NCBI GenBank assembly: GCA_001464275.1
Contig: LNFL01000071.1
Coordinates: forward strand, 32,894 to 96,893
Length of the DNA: 64,000 nucleotides
Origin: Actinobacteria bacterium Ga0077560
Lineage (GTDB): Bacteria; Actinomycetota; Thermoleophilia; Miltoncostaeales; Miltoncostaeaceae
Reading direction: 5' to 3'
This document shows positions 1 through 8,496 of the stretch, one piece after another (positions within the stretch are counted from its first letter, which is position 1; each line of letters starts with the position of its first letter). A program made the translations under genes and the position numbers. The notes under the pieces are model-generated. The model made no database searches. It was given only the letters and a program-made list of their open reading frames with translations, and had not been told where the DNA came from.

Positions 1-391
1 GGCCCGTGCGATGGCCGACGGCCTGGGGCCCGATGTGGCCGGCCGGATCGACTGGGTGGAGGCCGACCTGGCGAGCTGGGCGCCGCCGCCCGGCGCGTAC
101 GACCTGGTGCTGAGCCTGTTCGTCCATGTCGCCGCTTCGGTGGGGGAGATGGTGCGGCGGCTGGCGGCGGGGGTGGCGCCCGGCGGGACCCTCCTCCTGG
201 CCGGGCATCTGCCCGTCGATCCCTCCACGGGCGAGCCGACGCGCGCCGCCGGGCAGGTGCAGGTCTCGGTGGACGAGGCCCTGGCGGCCCTCGACCCGGA
301 CCGCTGGGAGATCCTGATCGCCGAGAACCGCCCCCGGCCCGCCGCCGGCACCGGCGCCGACGCCGTCATCCGGGCGCGGCGACTGCCCTGA
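1..391 (+). CDS. Class I SAM-dependent methyltransferase, C-terminal part (5' end outside window)
   Basis: The reading frame is open to the window edge. DLVLSLFVHV...APGGTLLLAGH resembles the post-motif-I region of class I methyltransferases. No GxGxG SAM motif is present, so the N-terminus lies upstream. Confidence 0.6.
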   Translation, partial: ARAMADGLGPDVAGRIDWVEADLASWAPPPGAYDLVLSLFVHVAASVGEMVRRLAAGVAPGGTLLLAGHLPVDPSTGEPTRAAGQVQVSVDEALAALDPDRWEILIAENRPRPAAGTGADAVIRARRLP

Positions 392-395
392 TGCG

Positions 396-587
396 ATGCG
401 CAGTTTCGGGGCCCAACCCGACCGCGGTACGGTTGGGCCGGTGATCTGGACCCTTCTTGTCTCGGCGGGGATCGTGGTGACGATCGCCGGCATCTCGTAC
501 CTCGCCGGCGGGCGACGCGGCGTCTCCGACGCTGAGCGCTCGTCGTCCTGGAGCCAACGCCCACCCGATGGAGGGGCGGGGCTCTAG
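396..587 (+). CDS. Hypothetical small membrane protein (63 aa)
   Basis: ATG lies 5 nt after the upstream stop. There is one clear hydrophobic helix (VIWTLLVSAGIVVTIAGISYLAG), and third codon positions are mostly G/C. No homology recognised. Confidence 0.3.
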   Translation: MRSFGAQPDRGTVGPVIWTLLVSAGIVVTIAGISYLAGGRRGVSDAERSSSWSQRPPDGGAGL

Positions 588-649
588 ACACGGCCTCGCA
601 GGGTGGTGGTCTTCGGGGGGATCAGTGCGTCTCGCCGGGCGGCTGACGC

Positions 650-1135
650 TCACATCGTGACCGTCGCGTTCTCGCCTCCCGCGGAGCGGCGGCCGGTGAG
701 TCGCGACCTCACGAGGTTCACCAGCGTCGCGGCGCGCCCTCCGGGGGTGTCCCAGTACTCGGCGCCGTCGGCCTCGACCCGCAGCAGGATCACCCCGGGG
801 TCGTCCGGGCCGCCGGGGAACCACGCTTCGACGGCCCCGTTCCACAGCTCGCGCTTGAGGGCCACGTCGTCGACCACCGAGGCGATTCCGCTCACCGACA
901 CCCACTCGGCGGCCGAGCCACACGCGAGGTTCACGCGGGGGTTGGCGGCGATGTGGATGGTCTTCCGGGAGTCCCGCTCGGCGAAGAACCAGAGGTCGCC
1001 GTCGAACTCGACATCCTGCATGGCCATGGGCCTGCTGATCAGCGTCCCGTCCGGCGCGGTGGTGGTGAGGAAGCCGAAGCGCTGGCCGCCCAGGATGTCG
1101 ACCACCTTCCGAACCGCCGCGTCCTCGTCGCCCAT
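650..1135 (-). CDS. Pyridoxamine 5'-phosphate oxidase family / general stress protein 26-like (FMN- or F420-binding split barrel)
   Basis: FGFLTTTAPDGTLISRPM...DGDLWFFAERDSRK...NPRVNL...AEYWDTP pattern. Start chosen at MGDEDAAV rather than the longest ORF (1234). Confidence 0.75.
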   Translation of the reverse strand: MGDEDAAVRKVVDILGGQRFGFLTTTAPDGTLISRPMAMQDVEFDGDLWFFAERDSRKTIHIAANPRVNLACGSAAEWVSVSGIASVVDDVALKRELWNGAVEAWFPGGPDDPGVILLRVEADGAEYWDTPGGRAATLVNLVRSRLTGRRSAGGENATVTM

Positions 1136-1275
1136 GCCGCCTCCCCGTCGTGTTTCGGGCGCCATACCCCGGGACTCCACGGGGGAACCACGCCGTCGGC
1201 CGACCGTTTGGCGGGAGGGGCCGGGGGTAGGCACCCGGAACGCGACCGACGAACCGCGATCACCGGAGGCGCACC

Positions 1276-1416
1276 ATGCAGAACGACCCGAACAAGCTGC
1301 CCGAGCACTTCCACGACAGCGCCGATGACGGGGAGAACATCACCCGCACTCCCGAGGAGCGGGAGGCCGACCGCCGCCGGGCGGCCGAGCTGGAGCGGGA
1401 GAAGGAGCGGGACTGA
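1276..1416 (+). CDS. Hypothetical 46-aa acidic protein (MQNDPNKLPEHFHDSADDGENITRTPEEREADRRRAAELEREKERD)
   Basis: ATG-initiated ORF, read by hand and below the ORF-track length cutoff, in an otherwise empty gap just outside attL. No family recognised. Confidence 0.3.
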   Translation: MQNDPNKLPEHFHDSADDGENITRTPEEREADRRRAAELEREKERD

Positions 1417-1471
1417 CCCGCACGCCGGCGGACGGCAGTCGCATGGGAAGCGACCAAGCAGATCGCCAAGG

Positions 1472-1517
1472 GAAGCCGACGCGGGGACTCGAACCCCGGA
1501 CCCCATCATTACGAGTG
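1472..1517. repeat. att site (distal copy): 46-bp duplicate of the 3' half of tRNA-Thr
   Basis: gaagccgacgcggggactcgaaccccggaccccatcattacgagtg is identical to 13787-13832. It lacks the 5' half of the tRNA, so it is not a gene. Confidence 0.9.
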
Positions 1518-1630
1518 CCGGGACAAATCGTGAGAAAGCCCTGCTGACTGAGTGGTCCTACGCGTTGTTGACCCGTTGTGGTTCCGGCTCGGTTCCCCAA
1601 GGGCGCGGACGGTCGGACGGCACCTCGCTT

Positions 1631-1949
1631 TCAGTGCCTGCTATGGGCGCCAGGACCCTCTGATCCGCTCCGGTCACAGCCCGACAGATCCGTCGCGTGC
1701 TTCGACCCGCGAGCCCGGGAACGAGCCGCATTGACTCGGCAGGCTGTCCTCTTACGCGTGGTGAGCGCAATCGCCGCGACTCCCACAAGCGCCACCGCGA
1801 TCCCCGCGGTCCAGCCCAGGATGGTGACCGCAGCGATGCCACCCACAACGGTCCCGGCGACGACAGCGGGACCGACCGCACAACACGCGAGCGCCAGGGC
1901 GCCCGCAGCGACTCCACCCAACCAGCCGAGGGTCTGGGGTCGCTTCACC
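1631..1949 (-). CDS. Small membrane protein with vicinal Cys pair in TM1 (MerF/MerT-like metal transporter candidate)
   Basis: The GTG start overlaps the upstream stop (GTGA at 1945-1949). GALALACCAVGPAVVAG and a second hydrophobic helix are followed by a basic tail. The CC-in-helix motif is reminiscent of mercuric ion transport proteins. Confidence 0.5.
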
Positions 1950-2244
1950 GGGCGAGCACCTCGGTGAGTTGGTCGACGCTCGGAGCACCCTGAGGGCCGT
2001 CGGCTGTGCGGTAGATTCGGCACGAGAGGCCGACAGGTCCTGCCTGGTCCGGAAAGGCATCGTGACCGTCGATGACCACGGACGGCGATCCCCGAAAGCC
2101 GATCTGCTCAGCCTGGTCGTGTGTCTCGATGACCTCGTGAACGATCGCAACGCTCCTACCCGATAGGCGCAGAGCCTCCCGCAGTCGTTCTTCGGCGACC
2201 TTCCAGTTCGGGCATTCGGTGAAGTACCTCAACGTGACCTGCAT
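1945..2244 (-). CDS. Thioredoxin-fold protein (99 aa), MerR-associated
   Basis: MQVTLRYFTECPNW...GFRGSPSVVIDG has the glutaredoxin/thioredoxin-like beta-alpha-beta start and the SP-x-x-x-(I/V)DG cis-Pro region. GGAGGG lies 4 nt before the ATG. Divergent from merR. Confidence 0.6.
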   Translation of the reverse strand: MQVTLRYFTECPNWKVAEERLREALRLSGRSVAIVHEVIETHDQAEQIGFRGSPSVVIDGHDAFPDQAGPVGLSCRIYRTADGPQGAPSVDQLTEVLAR

Positions 2245-2274
2245 CGGCCCTCCACTCGTCGCGCGTTCAGGCCG

Positions 2275-2306
2275 AGGGTAAACCTTGCCCCGCGGGGCAA
2301 GGTCAA
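2275..2306 (-). promoter_or_regulatory. MerR-type promoter/operator: TTGACC - 20 bp - TACCCT with a perfect 22-bp palindrome in the spacer
   Basis: The palindrome ACCTTGCCCCGCGGGGCAAGGT spans 2282-2303. On the minus strand, -35 TTGACC (2301-2306) and -10 TACCCT (2275-2280) are separated by 20 bp, the over-long spacer typical of MerR-activated promoters. Confidence 0.6.
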
Positions 2307-2322
2307 GGGCTATCGTGGAGCG

Positions 2323-2646
2323 ATGAGAATTGGGGAGCTGGCGGCGCGCGCCGGAGTCACCGCCAAGGCCTTGCGGCACTACGAACGAGTGGGTCTGGTG
2401 GTGCCGGAGCGCACCGAGTCCGGGTACCGGGACTACTCGGCCTCCGCATTGGGCCGCATCGGGTTCATCCTCGCCGGTCAGCGGGTTGGGCTGTCGCTTC
2501 GCGAGCTTCGCGGGATCCTCGAGCTGCGCGACCGCGGACACGCCCCCTGCGCACACGCACTTGATCTCGTTGATCAGCGCCTTCGCGAAATCGAGGAACG
2601 CCTCGCCAGCCTGTCCGCGATGCGCCGAGGCCGGAAGGTCCCTTGA
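2323..2646 (+). CDS. MerR family (heavy-metal/redox-responsive) transcriptional regulator
   Basis: MRIGELAARAGVTAKALRHYERVGLV HTH, a coiled-coil dimerisation helix and a C-terminal Cys (HAPCAH). TATCGT ends 7 nt before the ATG, so the mRNA may be leaderless. Confidence 0.85.
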   Translation: MRIGELAARAGVTAKALRHYERVGLVVPERTESGYRDYSASALGRIGFILAGQRVGLSLRELRGILELRDRGHAPCAHALDLVDQRLREIEERLASLSAMRRGRKVP

Positions 2647-2848
2647 TCCCGTGGACTGCGACGAGGCCTGCATCTGCGAGGTCATCCACCGGCCGTCTCG
2701 CTGATCGCCTGCCGGCAGAGTCTCGGTGGGTTGCTCCGCATGTCGAGTTGCGCTGTCGGGGAACCTCCACCCGTCGCGGCGCGGCGGTTCATAGAGTGCA
2801 ACGGAGAGGTCGCTGCCGGGACGTCCACGTCGCGTCGCTGGGCCTCGC

Positions 2849-4561
2849 GTGTCGAGCATCGAGCCCGCCGCGTCCAGCTGTATCTTCGCCCCAGTGACGC
2901 GCATCGCTCTCATTTCTTCTGACAGTCCGGGACACCGCAAGGCCCGTGGAGCCTTCTTCACGCCGCCGGAGCTCTGTACGCACCTCGCGGATTGGGCCAT
3001 CCGGGATCCGGGCGACCAGATTCTGGAGCCCTCATGCGGCGAGGCGGCTTTTCTGCTCGCAGCCGCTCGTCGGCTGGGCGATCTCGGCGCGGCACCGGGA
3101 GGGCTCCACGGCACCGAACTGCACAACGACAGCGTCGCCGCCGCTGGCCGGTACCTGAAGGAAGCTGGCTACGAGGCAGATCTCCAGACCGGGGACTTCT
3201 TCGCGCGCCCCCCAAGGCCGGAGTTCGACGCGGTTGTCGGCAACCCACCGTACGTCCGCTACCAGGGCTTCTCCGGCGACGCACGCTCAGCTGCCCGCGA
3301 GGCTGCACTGCAGGCGGGCGTGCGGCTGTCTGCTCTCGCATCGTCGTGGGCGGCGTTCACGGTGCACGCTGCGCTCTTCCTCAAGCCCCAGGGGCGGTTG
3401 GGTCTGGTCCTCCCGGCGGAGCTCCTCTCCGTCAACTATGCGGCCGAGGTGCGCAGCTTCCTGATGCGCCGGTTCGCGCGGGTACGGTTGGTGCTGTTCA
3501 CGGAGCGCGTGTTCCCGGGCGTCCAGGAAGAAGTCGTGCTCCTCCAGGCGGAAGGGCAGGGTCCAACCGACCACTGCGAGCTCCACCAGGTCCGGGACCT
3601 TGAGGAGCTGGTTTCGTCGACCCAGCTTGTCTCCAGCTGGGTTCCCACCCGACCGAACGCCAAGTGGACCGATGCGCTCCTGCCGGCCGAGGCCCGGGCG
3701 CTCTTCTCCCGCCTTTCCGGCGAGGCAGGCTTCGGCCGCCTCCTTGACTGGGGTGAGACCACCCTCGGAGCGGTGACGGGGAACAACCGCTACTTCGCGC
3801 TCTCGCCGGACGAGGTACAGGCCCTCGGGCTTTCGCCGTCGGACTTGGTGCCGATGTCCCCCACGGGAAGCCGCCACCTGCGGCATCGCCTGGACCTCAC
3901 CGCGGATGACTGGACCCGCCTCGGTGAGGGGGGCGCCCCGACCTGGCTGTTCAGGCCCGAGGGTGAGCCTTCGGCAGCGGCACGACGGTACATCGAGGAG
4001 GGCGAGGCGCGCGGCGTCCAGCTCGCCTACAAGTGCCGGGTACGCGACCCGTGGTGGCGCACCCCGCTTGTGCCGCCGCCGGATCTGTTCGTGACCTACA
4101 TGAACGCCGACACGCCGCGTTTGGTCGGCAACTCCGCCCAGGTGCACCATCTCAACTCGGTCCACGGCCTCTACCTGCACGAGGGCATGGCCGACCTTGG
4201 CCGGTCGCTCCTCCCGCTCGCGTCACTCAACGCGATGACCCTGCTCGGTGCCGAGACGGTCGGGCGCGCCTACGGTGGGGGTCTGCTGAAGCTGGAGCCG
4301 AAAGAAGCCGACCTGCTTCCCGTTCCCTCGCCGCGCGCTGTGAGGGCACAGGCAGGTGCGCTGAGGATGGTCCGGCCCGTGGTCATCGATCTCCTGCGAC
4401 ACGGTCACCTGCTCGAGGCCGTGTCACGCGTCGACAACATCCTCCTGTCCGATGGGATGAGCGTCTCCGCGAGCGAGCTTGCTCAGCTGCGACAGGCGCG
4501 GGCAACCCTCGCCGAGAGGCGTGCGGCGCGCGGCCGTTCGAGCAGCCGCTCCACCGAGTGA
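2849..4561 (+). CDS. N6-adenine DNA methyltransferase (gamma class, Eco57I/TaqI-like) with C-terminal target-recognition region
   Basis: GAFFTPPEL, motif I ILEPSCGEAAFL and motif IV VVGNPPYV. The exact start is uncertain (alternative GTG near 2893). Confidence 0.8.
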   Translation: MSSIEPAASSCIFAPVTRIALISSDSPGHRKARGAFFTPPELCTHLADWAIRDPGDQILEPSCGEAAFLLAAARRLGDLGAAPGGLHGTELHNDSVAAAGRYLKEAGYEADLQTGDFFARPPRPEFDAVVGNPPYVRYQGFSGDARSAAREAALQAGVRLSALASSWAAFTVHAALFLKPQGRLGLVLPAELLSVNYAAEVRSFLMRRFARVRLVLFTERVFPGVQEEVVLLQAEGQGPTDHCELHQVRDLEELVSSTQLVSSWVPTRPNAKWTDALLPAEARALFSRLSGEAGFGRLLDWGETTLGAVTGNNRYFALSPDEVQALGLSPSDLVPMSPTGSRHLRHRLDLTADDWTRLGEGGAPTWLFRPEGEPSAAARRYIEEGEARGVQLAYKCRVRDPWWRTPLVPPPDLFVTYMNADTPRLVGNSAQVHHLNSVHGLYLHEGMADLGRSLLPLASLNAMTLLGAETVGRAYGGGLLKLEPKEADLLPVPSPRAVRAQAGALRMVRPVVIDLLRHGHLLEAVSRVDNILLSDGMSVSASELAQLRQARATLAERRAARGRSSSRSTE

Positions 4562-5469
4562 TGGCTCGCGAGGACGCGTTCTCGGACTTTGACGCCCTGC
4601 TGGCGGGCTACCAGCTGACGGATCCCTGGGAGCACGACCACGGTGAAGCTCCGCTCTACGCGCCGGACTACCGTCTTCTGAGCAGCCTGCTCGGGATCCC
4701 GCTTGATGCCAGACAGGTCTCCGAGAGCGGGCGCTTCGCTCGGGCGATCGACGCCTGGACAGCGCACGAGCTGCGGCGAGCCGGCTTCTCCTCCGATGAG
4801 GTCTGGCCGCGCCCGACACGTCCCCGTGTTCTGGCGCGTGATGTTGCGATGCTGCTGGAGAAGCTGCCCCGCAAACTCTCCGAAGATGTCGCCAGCCGGC
4901 TTCCCGACCTTGCCGCGGTGGGACCCGTTGACGCCAAGGTCCTCGGCAGGGCCTACGAGAAGCAGGTCGACGTGTGCATCGCCCGGTGGGACCGGGGCCC
5001 GGAGCTCCTGATCAGCACGAAAGCCCAGGTGTCGTCCTTCGGCAAGAACCTCCCGAACCGCTTCGAGGAGGCTTACGGCGACGCGGGCAACCTCAGAGGG
5101 CGCTACCCGCTTGCTGCCGTCGGCTTTCTCTTCGTCCAGCGATCAAGCGTGCTGATCCAAGAGCCGGACGCCTTCGAGCGGACGATCGACATGATCCGAA
5201 AGCTGCGGGATCCGGGAGATGGCAACGGGTACACCGCAACCGGCCTGATCCTCGTCGGTTGGGATGACGTGGCCGAGGGGTCGGTCGCCGTCGAGGTTCG
5301 GGAGCACGAGGTCCCCGCCGACGTGGCGGCCCCGCAGTTCTTCACGGCCATGATCCGTCAGGTGCTCACCGCTTCACCGATCAGCTTCCATGTCGCGGTG
5401 CGAAGCCTGCTCGAGCGTCGGCACATCCCCGTACGTGAGGCGGACACCGACCCGGCCACCGACGCATAG
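4561..5469 (+). CDS. Putative type II restriction endonuclease partner (302 aa)
   Basis: Its ATG overlaps the methylase stop (TGATG at 4559-4563). A candidate PD-(D/E)xK-like core is present (EKQVDVCIARWDRGPELLISTKAQ). No other family recognised. Confidence 0.5.
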   Translation: MAREDAFSDFDALLAGYQLTDPWEHDHGEAPLYAPDYRLLSSLLGIPLDARQVSESGRFARAIDAWTAHELRRAGFSSDEVWPRPTRPRVLARDVAMLLEKLPRKLSEDVASRLPDLAAVGPVDAKVLGRAYEKQVDVCIARWDRGPELLISTKAQVSSFGKNLPNRFEEAYGDAGNLRGRYPLAAVGFLFVQRSSVLIQEPDAFERTIDMIRKLRDPGDGNGYTATGLILVGWDDVAEGSVAVEVREHEVPADVAAPQFFTAMIRQVLTASPISFHVAVRSLLERRHIPVREADTDPATDA

Positions 5470-5474
5470 CGGGG

Positions 5475-6683
5475 TCACGTGCTCCGGTGCTGTTGTCGGA
5501 GCCGCTGCAGTGCGTCAGGCGCCTTGGCGAGGTCCGCGTCGGTTGGCTTGACGTATCGGCGGATCGTGAACGCCGCGTCGGCATGTCCGAGGCGCGCGGC
5601 GAGGGCAGGGCCTTGAACGCCCGCCGATGCAAGCCAGGTGCCCTGGCTGTGCCGGAGTACGTGAGGGCTGACGCCCTCCAGATCAGCGTGCTTGACCACC
5701 CGATCGAGACCGGAGCGGACCCGGCCCCCTCGGTCGAGGGGTCGGCCATCCTCGCGCGCGAAAACAAGCGCGTCCTCAGCCGCCGGGGCGCAGCGGTCAC
5801 GGTGCCCGCGTAGGACGTCCGCGTAGGCGTCCTCGATCGGGATGACGCGCGCGCCTGCTTCGCTCTTGGTCGTCGCCCTGGCGATTGCGACACGCGGCGG
5901 TTGCGAGTCGAGGTCGAGGCCGGCGGGTCCCCAGACCAGACGCAGGATCTCCGTGATGCGCGCGCCCGTCGCGATCAGCAGCGCGACGACCGGGGCCATC
6001 AGCGATCGCCCCGTCCGGCTGTCGTCGGCCTCTGCTGCGGCCAGCAGCCGGTCGGCTTCGTCGATGGTGAGCGCCCGTTCTCGCGGCCGGCCTGGTGGCG
6101 GCAGCAGGACCCTCGGCGGGAGAGACTCGATCAGGCCCCGGGAGTAGAGGTCGCGTAGGACCGCGGCCAGGGCGGCGTACGCGACGCGGGCTGTCTCATT
6201 GGAACGATCGACCGAAAGGGCATCGACCATGTTCTGGATGGTCCTGGTGTCGATGGCGTCGCTCGGGAGGGAACCGAGGCCGAGGCCGCTGCGCGGCTCG
6301 GGCCAGGGCAGCACGTGGAGGCGGAGCGTGGTCTCGTAGCCGGCGAGCGTGTTCAGCGCGTACGGGTGCCGTGAGCGGGTGAGGGCCGTGCCCCTGCGCG
6401 CGCGGTGGAGAAAGCTCACCGCCGCGTCGTGAAGCGTCGGTGCGGCGGGTCGAACGTTGGGTCGGCCACCGGCCCGAAGCGTCCACTTGGCCTGCTGAAC
6501 CCAGGCAACCGCGTCCGCGAGGTTCGGGAAGGTGCCAGACAGGAGTCGCCCGCCGACGCGGACCCGAGCGACGAAGACGGGGGAGCAGTCGCAGCTTCGG
6601 CGGCCGCGGCTCTTGCTGCAACCCGTCGAATGGCGCTCGAACACGCTGGGAGCCACACGGGCCTGGTGGCGACGCTCGGTCAC
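5475..6683 (-). CDS. int: Tyrosine recombinase / site-specific integrase
   Basis: ATGARITE (Arg I), HVLRHS (H-x-x-R), LGHAD and RRYV (Tyr) catalytic signature. Immediately downstream of xis. Confidence 0.9.
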   Translation of the reverse strand: MTERRHQARVAPSVFERHSTGCSKSRGRRSCDCSPVFVARVRVGGRLLSGTFPNLADAVAWVQQAKWTLRAGGRPNVRPAAPTLHDAAVSFLHRARRGTALTRSRHPYALNTLAGYETTLRLHVLPWPEPRSGLGLGSLPSDAIDTRTIQNMVDALSVDRSNETARVAYAALAAVLRDLYSRGLIESLPPRVLLPPPGRPRERALTIDEADRLLAAAEADDSRTGRSLMAPVVALLIATGARITEILRLVWGPAGLDLDSQPPRVAIARATTKSEAGARVIPIEDAYADVLRGHRDRCAPAAEDALVFAREDGRPLDRGGRVRSGLDRVVKHADLEGVSPHVLRHSQGTWLASAGVQGPALAARLGHADAAFTIRRYVKPTDADLAKAPDALQRLRQQHRST

Positions 6684-6980
6684 CTACGCGGCTCGCCGGT
6701 CGGTCAGCGGGTCCGGTGCGTCCCAGAGCCGGCCCTCAGAGCCGCGCTGAACGGCTCGGGGCAGGAGGTGTGGGACCCTGGCAGGCGCGACGAGGTCAGA
6801 GATCAGGATGGTGCGTCCCTGCACGTAGGCGTCCAGGTCGGATCGGGCGATTCGCAGCAGTCGCGGCCCGTCACGGAAGACGGGCAGGGCTCCCGCGGCG
6901 ACTCGCCGCTCCAACGTCCGGCGGCTGATCCCGAGCATCTCGGCTGCCTCGGCCAGGGTGAGCAGCGTCCGCCCGTTCAT
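6684..6980 (-). CDS. xis: Excisionase / MerR-like HTH DNA-binding protein
   Basis: LLTLAEAAEMLGISRRTLERRVAAGALP excisionase-type HTH. Its stop abuts the int start codon. Confidence 0.8.
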   Translation of the reverse strand: MNGRTLLTLAEAAEMLGISRRTLERRVAAGALPVFRDGPRLLRIARSDLDAYVQGRTILISDLVAPARVPHLLPRAVQRGSEGRLWDAPDPLTDRRAA

Positions 6981-7221
6981 CGGAGCCCGCGACCGCGGTC
7001 GTCGCCGCCCCGGGGAATCGTCCTGGCGAGCCCCGCTGGTGTCGTCCGATGCCTCCGCGACGCGGGCTGGCGTGTGAGGACTTTCTCTACTCCTTCAAGG
7101 CGGCGGCCTTCGGCCGCCGGCCGCGGACGGACCTTCATTACATTGCGGTCCTGCGGCCCCATGCCGCCTCGTGCTGGAGCGGACGAGCCCACCTGCAACC
7201 CGGAACAGACGCGGCGTCCGC

Positions 7222-8496
7222 TCATGGCCGGCTCGCCTTGTCGAGATGCCGTAGGTGGCGGCGCTCGCGTTCGTGGGCTGCGGCCGCACGGGCGAACGCG
7301 GCGTCGCCCTTGGTCAGGTATCCGGCACCGTCGTATCGCCACTCGACGGACGGAGCGCAGTCGGCGGCATCATCGCGCTGCCGCTGGTGCTCGGCGCGGG
7401 CCTGACGCAGGGCGGTGAGGGTGGTCGAGTACCGACGGGACTTCGTCGCGAAGTGGCCGCGGTAGCCGAGTGCATGGGCCCACTTCCGCATGTTCGGCTC
7501 GCCGTCACCGAGGCACCATGCGGTCTCGACCATGCGGCGCAGGTGGGGGCGGAGCTGGAGTGCCTCAAGCTCAGCGAGGTCGTGTAGCCGTCGTCTGAGT
7601 CCCGGTTCGTCGGCGGCCTTGGTTGCGTACTTGGCCAGGTATGCGGCAACGGCTTCTGGGGTGGCACTCGTGCCGCCGGTGGCCACGATCGCCACATCGA
7701 GTTGGGAGCCGAAGCGCAGCGTCTGGCCCGGGATGTCGATCTGAACCCCCTGCGCGGCGTCGGTGAGGGCATCGACGAGCATCTCCGCGGGAAAGGCCGT
7801 CGGCGGGGTGAGTTCATCGGTGCAGGCGTCGGCGCGGACGATCGCGTGGATATGAACAACGCCGCGGCGCTGGAACTCGACGACCTTCGCGTACGACAGT
7901 CGCACCGGTTGCCCGCTGTCGCGGCTCGCCCGAGCCAGGCAACGGCGCGACTGGATGGTGAATCGCCGCCAGAGCTCGGGGGCATGCCAGTTGAACCGCA
8001 CCGCGTCCTGATAGCGGTAGCACTCGGGGCACAACGGGTCCCCGAGAGCCGGGTCTCCACCATCGTGGTCCGCATCGCACCAGTTCGGGCGTCCGTGCCG
8101 GCAGTAGCGGCGGCGCCGTGGTTGGCGGCAGCCGCCGGGGTGTCGGCCGTGGACGGCGCCGAATCCCGGTGCGGTGAGGGTCGCGAACGCCATCGGGTGG
8201 GTGGCGATCGTCTCGGGGAGGCCCTTGCGCCCCCCGGCGACGCCGGCGAACAGCAGCTGCCAGATGTCACCCTGATACTCCCAGGAGCACGACGGACACA
8301 CCGACTCCCGACGGTTGCGACACCGGATCATCAGGATCCGCCCGTTCCGGCTGCGAACCGCGGTGCTCCGAAGGCGGATGGGGTGATGGCAATTGCCTGT
8401 CCGGCGCACCTGCTCGAAGAAGCGATCGCGGTTCGGGTCCTGAACACGGGCGACCAGCTGCGCGATGGTCGTCTCGTCCCACGGGTCCGAGGTCAT
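7222..8496 (-). CDS. repSA: Replication initiator protein, RepSA type (AICE rolling-circle initiator)
   Basis: A 424-aa protein with Cys-rich zinc-like clusters (CHHPIRL, CPSCSWEY, CPECYRY) and a position between traSA and xis-int, as in pSAM2. Its ATG overlaps the traSA stop (ATGA at 8493-8496). Confidence 0.75.
   Translation of the reverse strand: MTSDPWDETTIAQLVARVQDPNRDRFFEQVRRTGNCHHPIRLRSTAVRSRNGRILMIRCRNRRESVCPSCSWEYQGDIWQLLFAGVAGGRKGLPETIATHPMAFATLTAPGFGAVHGRHPGGCRQPRRRRYCRHGRPNWCDADHDGGDPALGDPLCPECYRYQDAVRFNWHAPELWRRFTIQSRRCLARASRDSGQPVRLSYAKVVEFQRRGVVHIHAIVRADACTDELTPPTAFPAEMLVDALTDAAQGVQIDIPGQTLRFGSQLDVAIVATGGTSATPEAVAAYLAKYATKAADEPGLRRRLHDLAELEALQLRPHLRRMVETAWCLGDGEPNMRKWAHALGYRGHFATKSRRYSTTLTALRQARAEHQRQRDDAADCAPSVEWRYDGAGYLTKGDAAFARAAAAHERERRHLRHLDKASRP

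Noticed and set aside
1472-1517. Possible second tRNA or tRNA pseudogene
   Set aside because: Only the 3' 44 nt of tRNA-Thr plus 2 flanking nt are present, and there are no D-arm or 5' acceptor sequences. The segment is identical to the attR copy, so it is the integration duplicate rather than a gene.
1631-2646. Bona fide mercury-resistance (mer) operon
   Set aside because: No MerA reductase, MerB lyase or MerP is present. Only a MerR-family regulator and two small Cys-containing proteins are found, so the metal specificity is unproven.
6977-7342. 121-aa ORF (or its 53-aa MKVRPRP... version) in the 240-nt gap between repSA and xis, ending in an ATGA overlap with xis; also a small hairpin cggcggcc-ttc-ggccgccg at 7101-7119
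   Set aside because: The translation is an Arg/Pro-rich string without an SD, and it overlaps the repSA 3' end. The hairpin is short (8 bp with a 3-nt loop) in GC-rich DNA where such stems arise by chance. The gap is kept as a noncoding regulatory spacer of unknown role.
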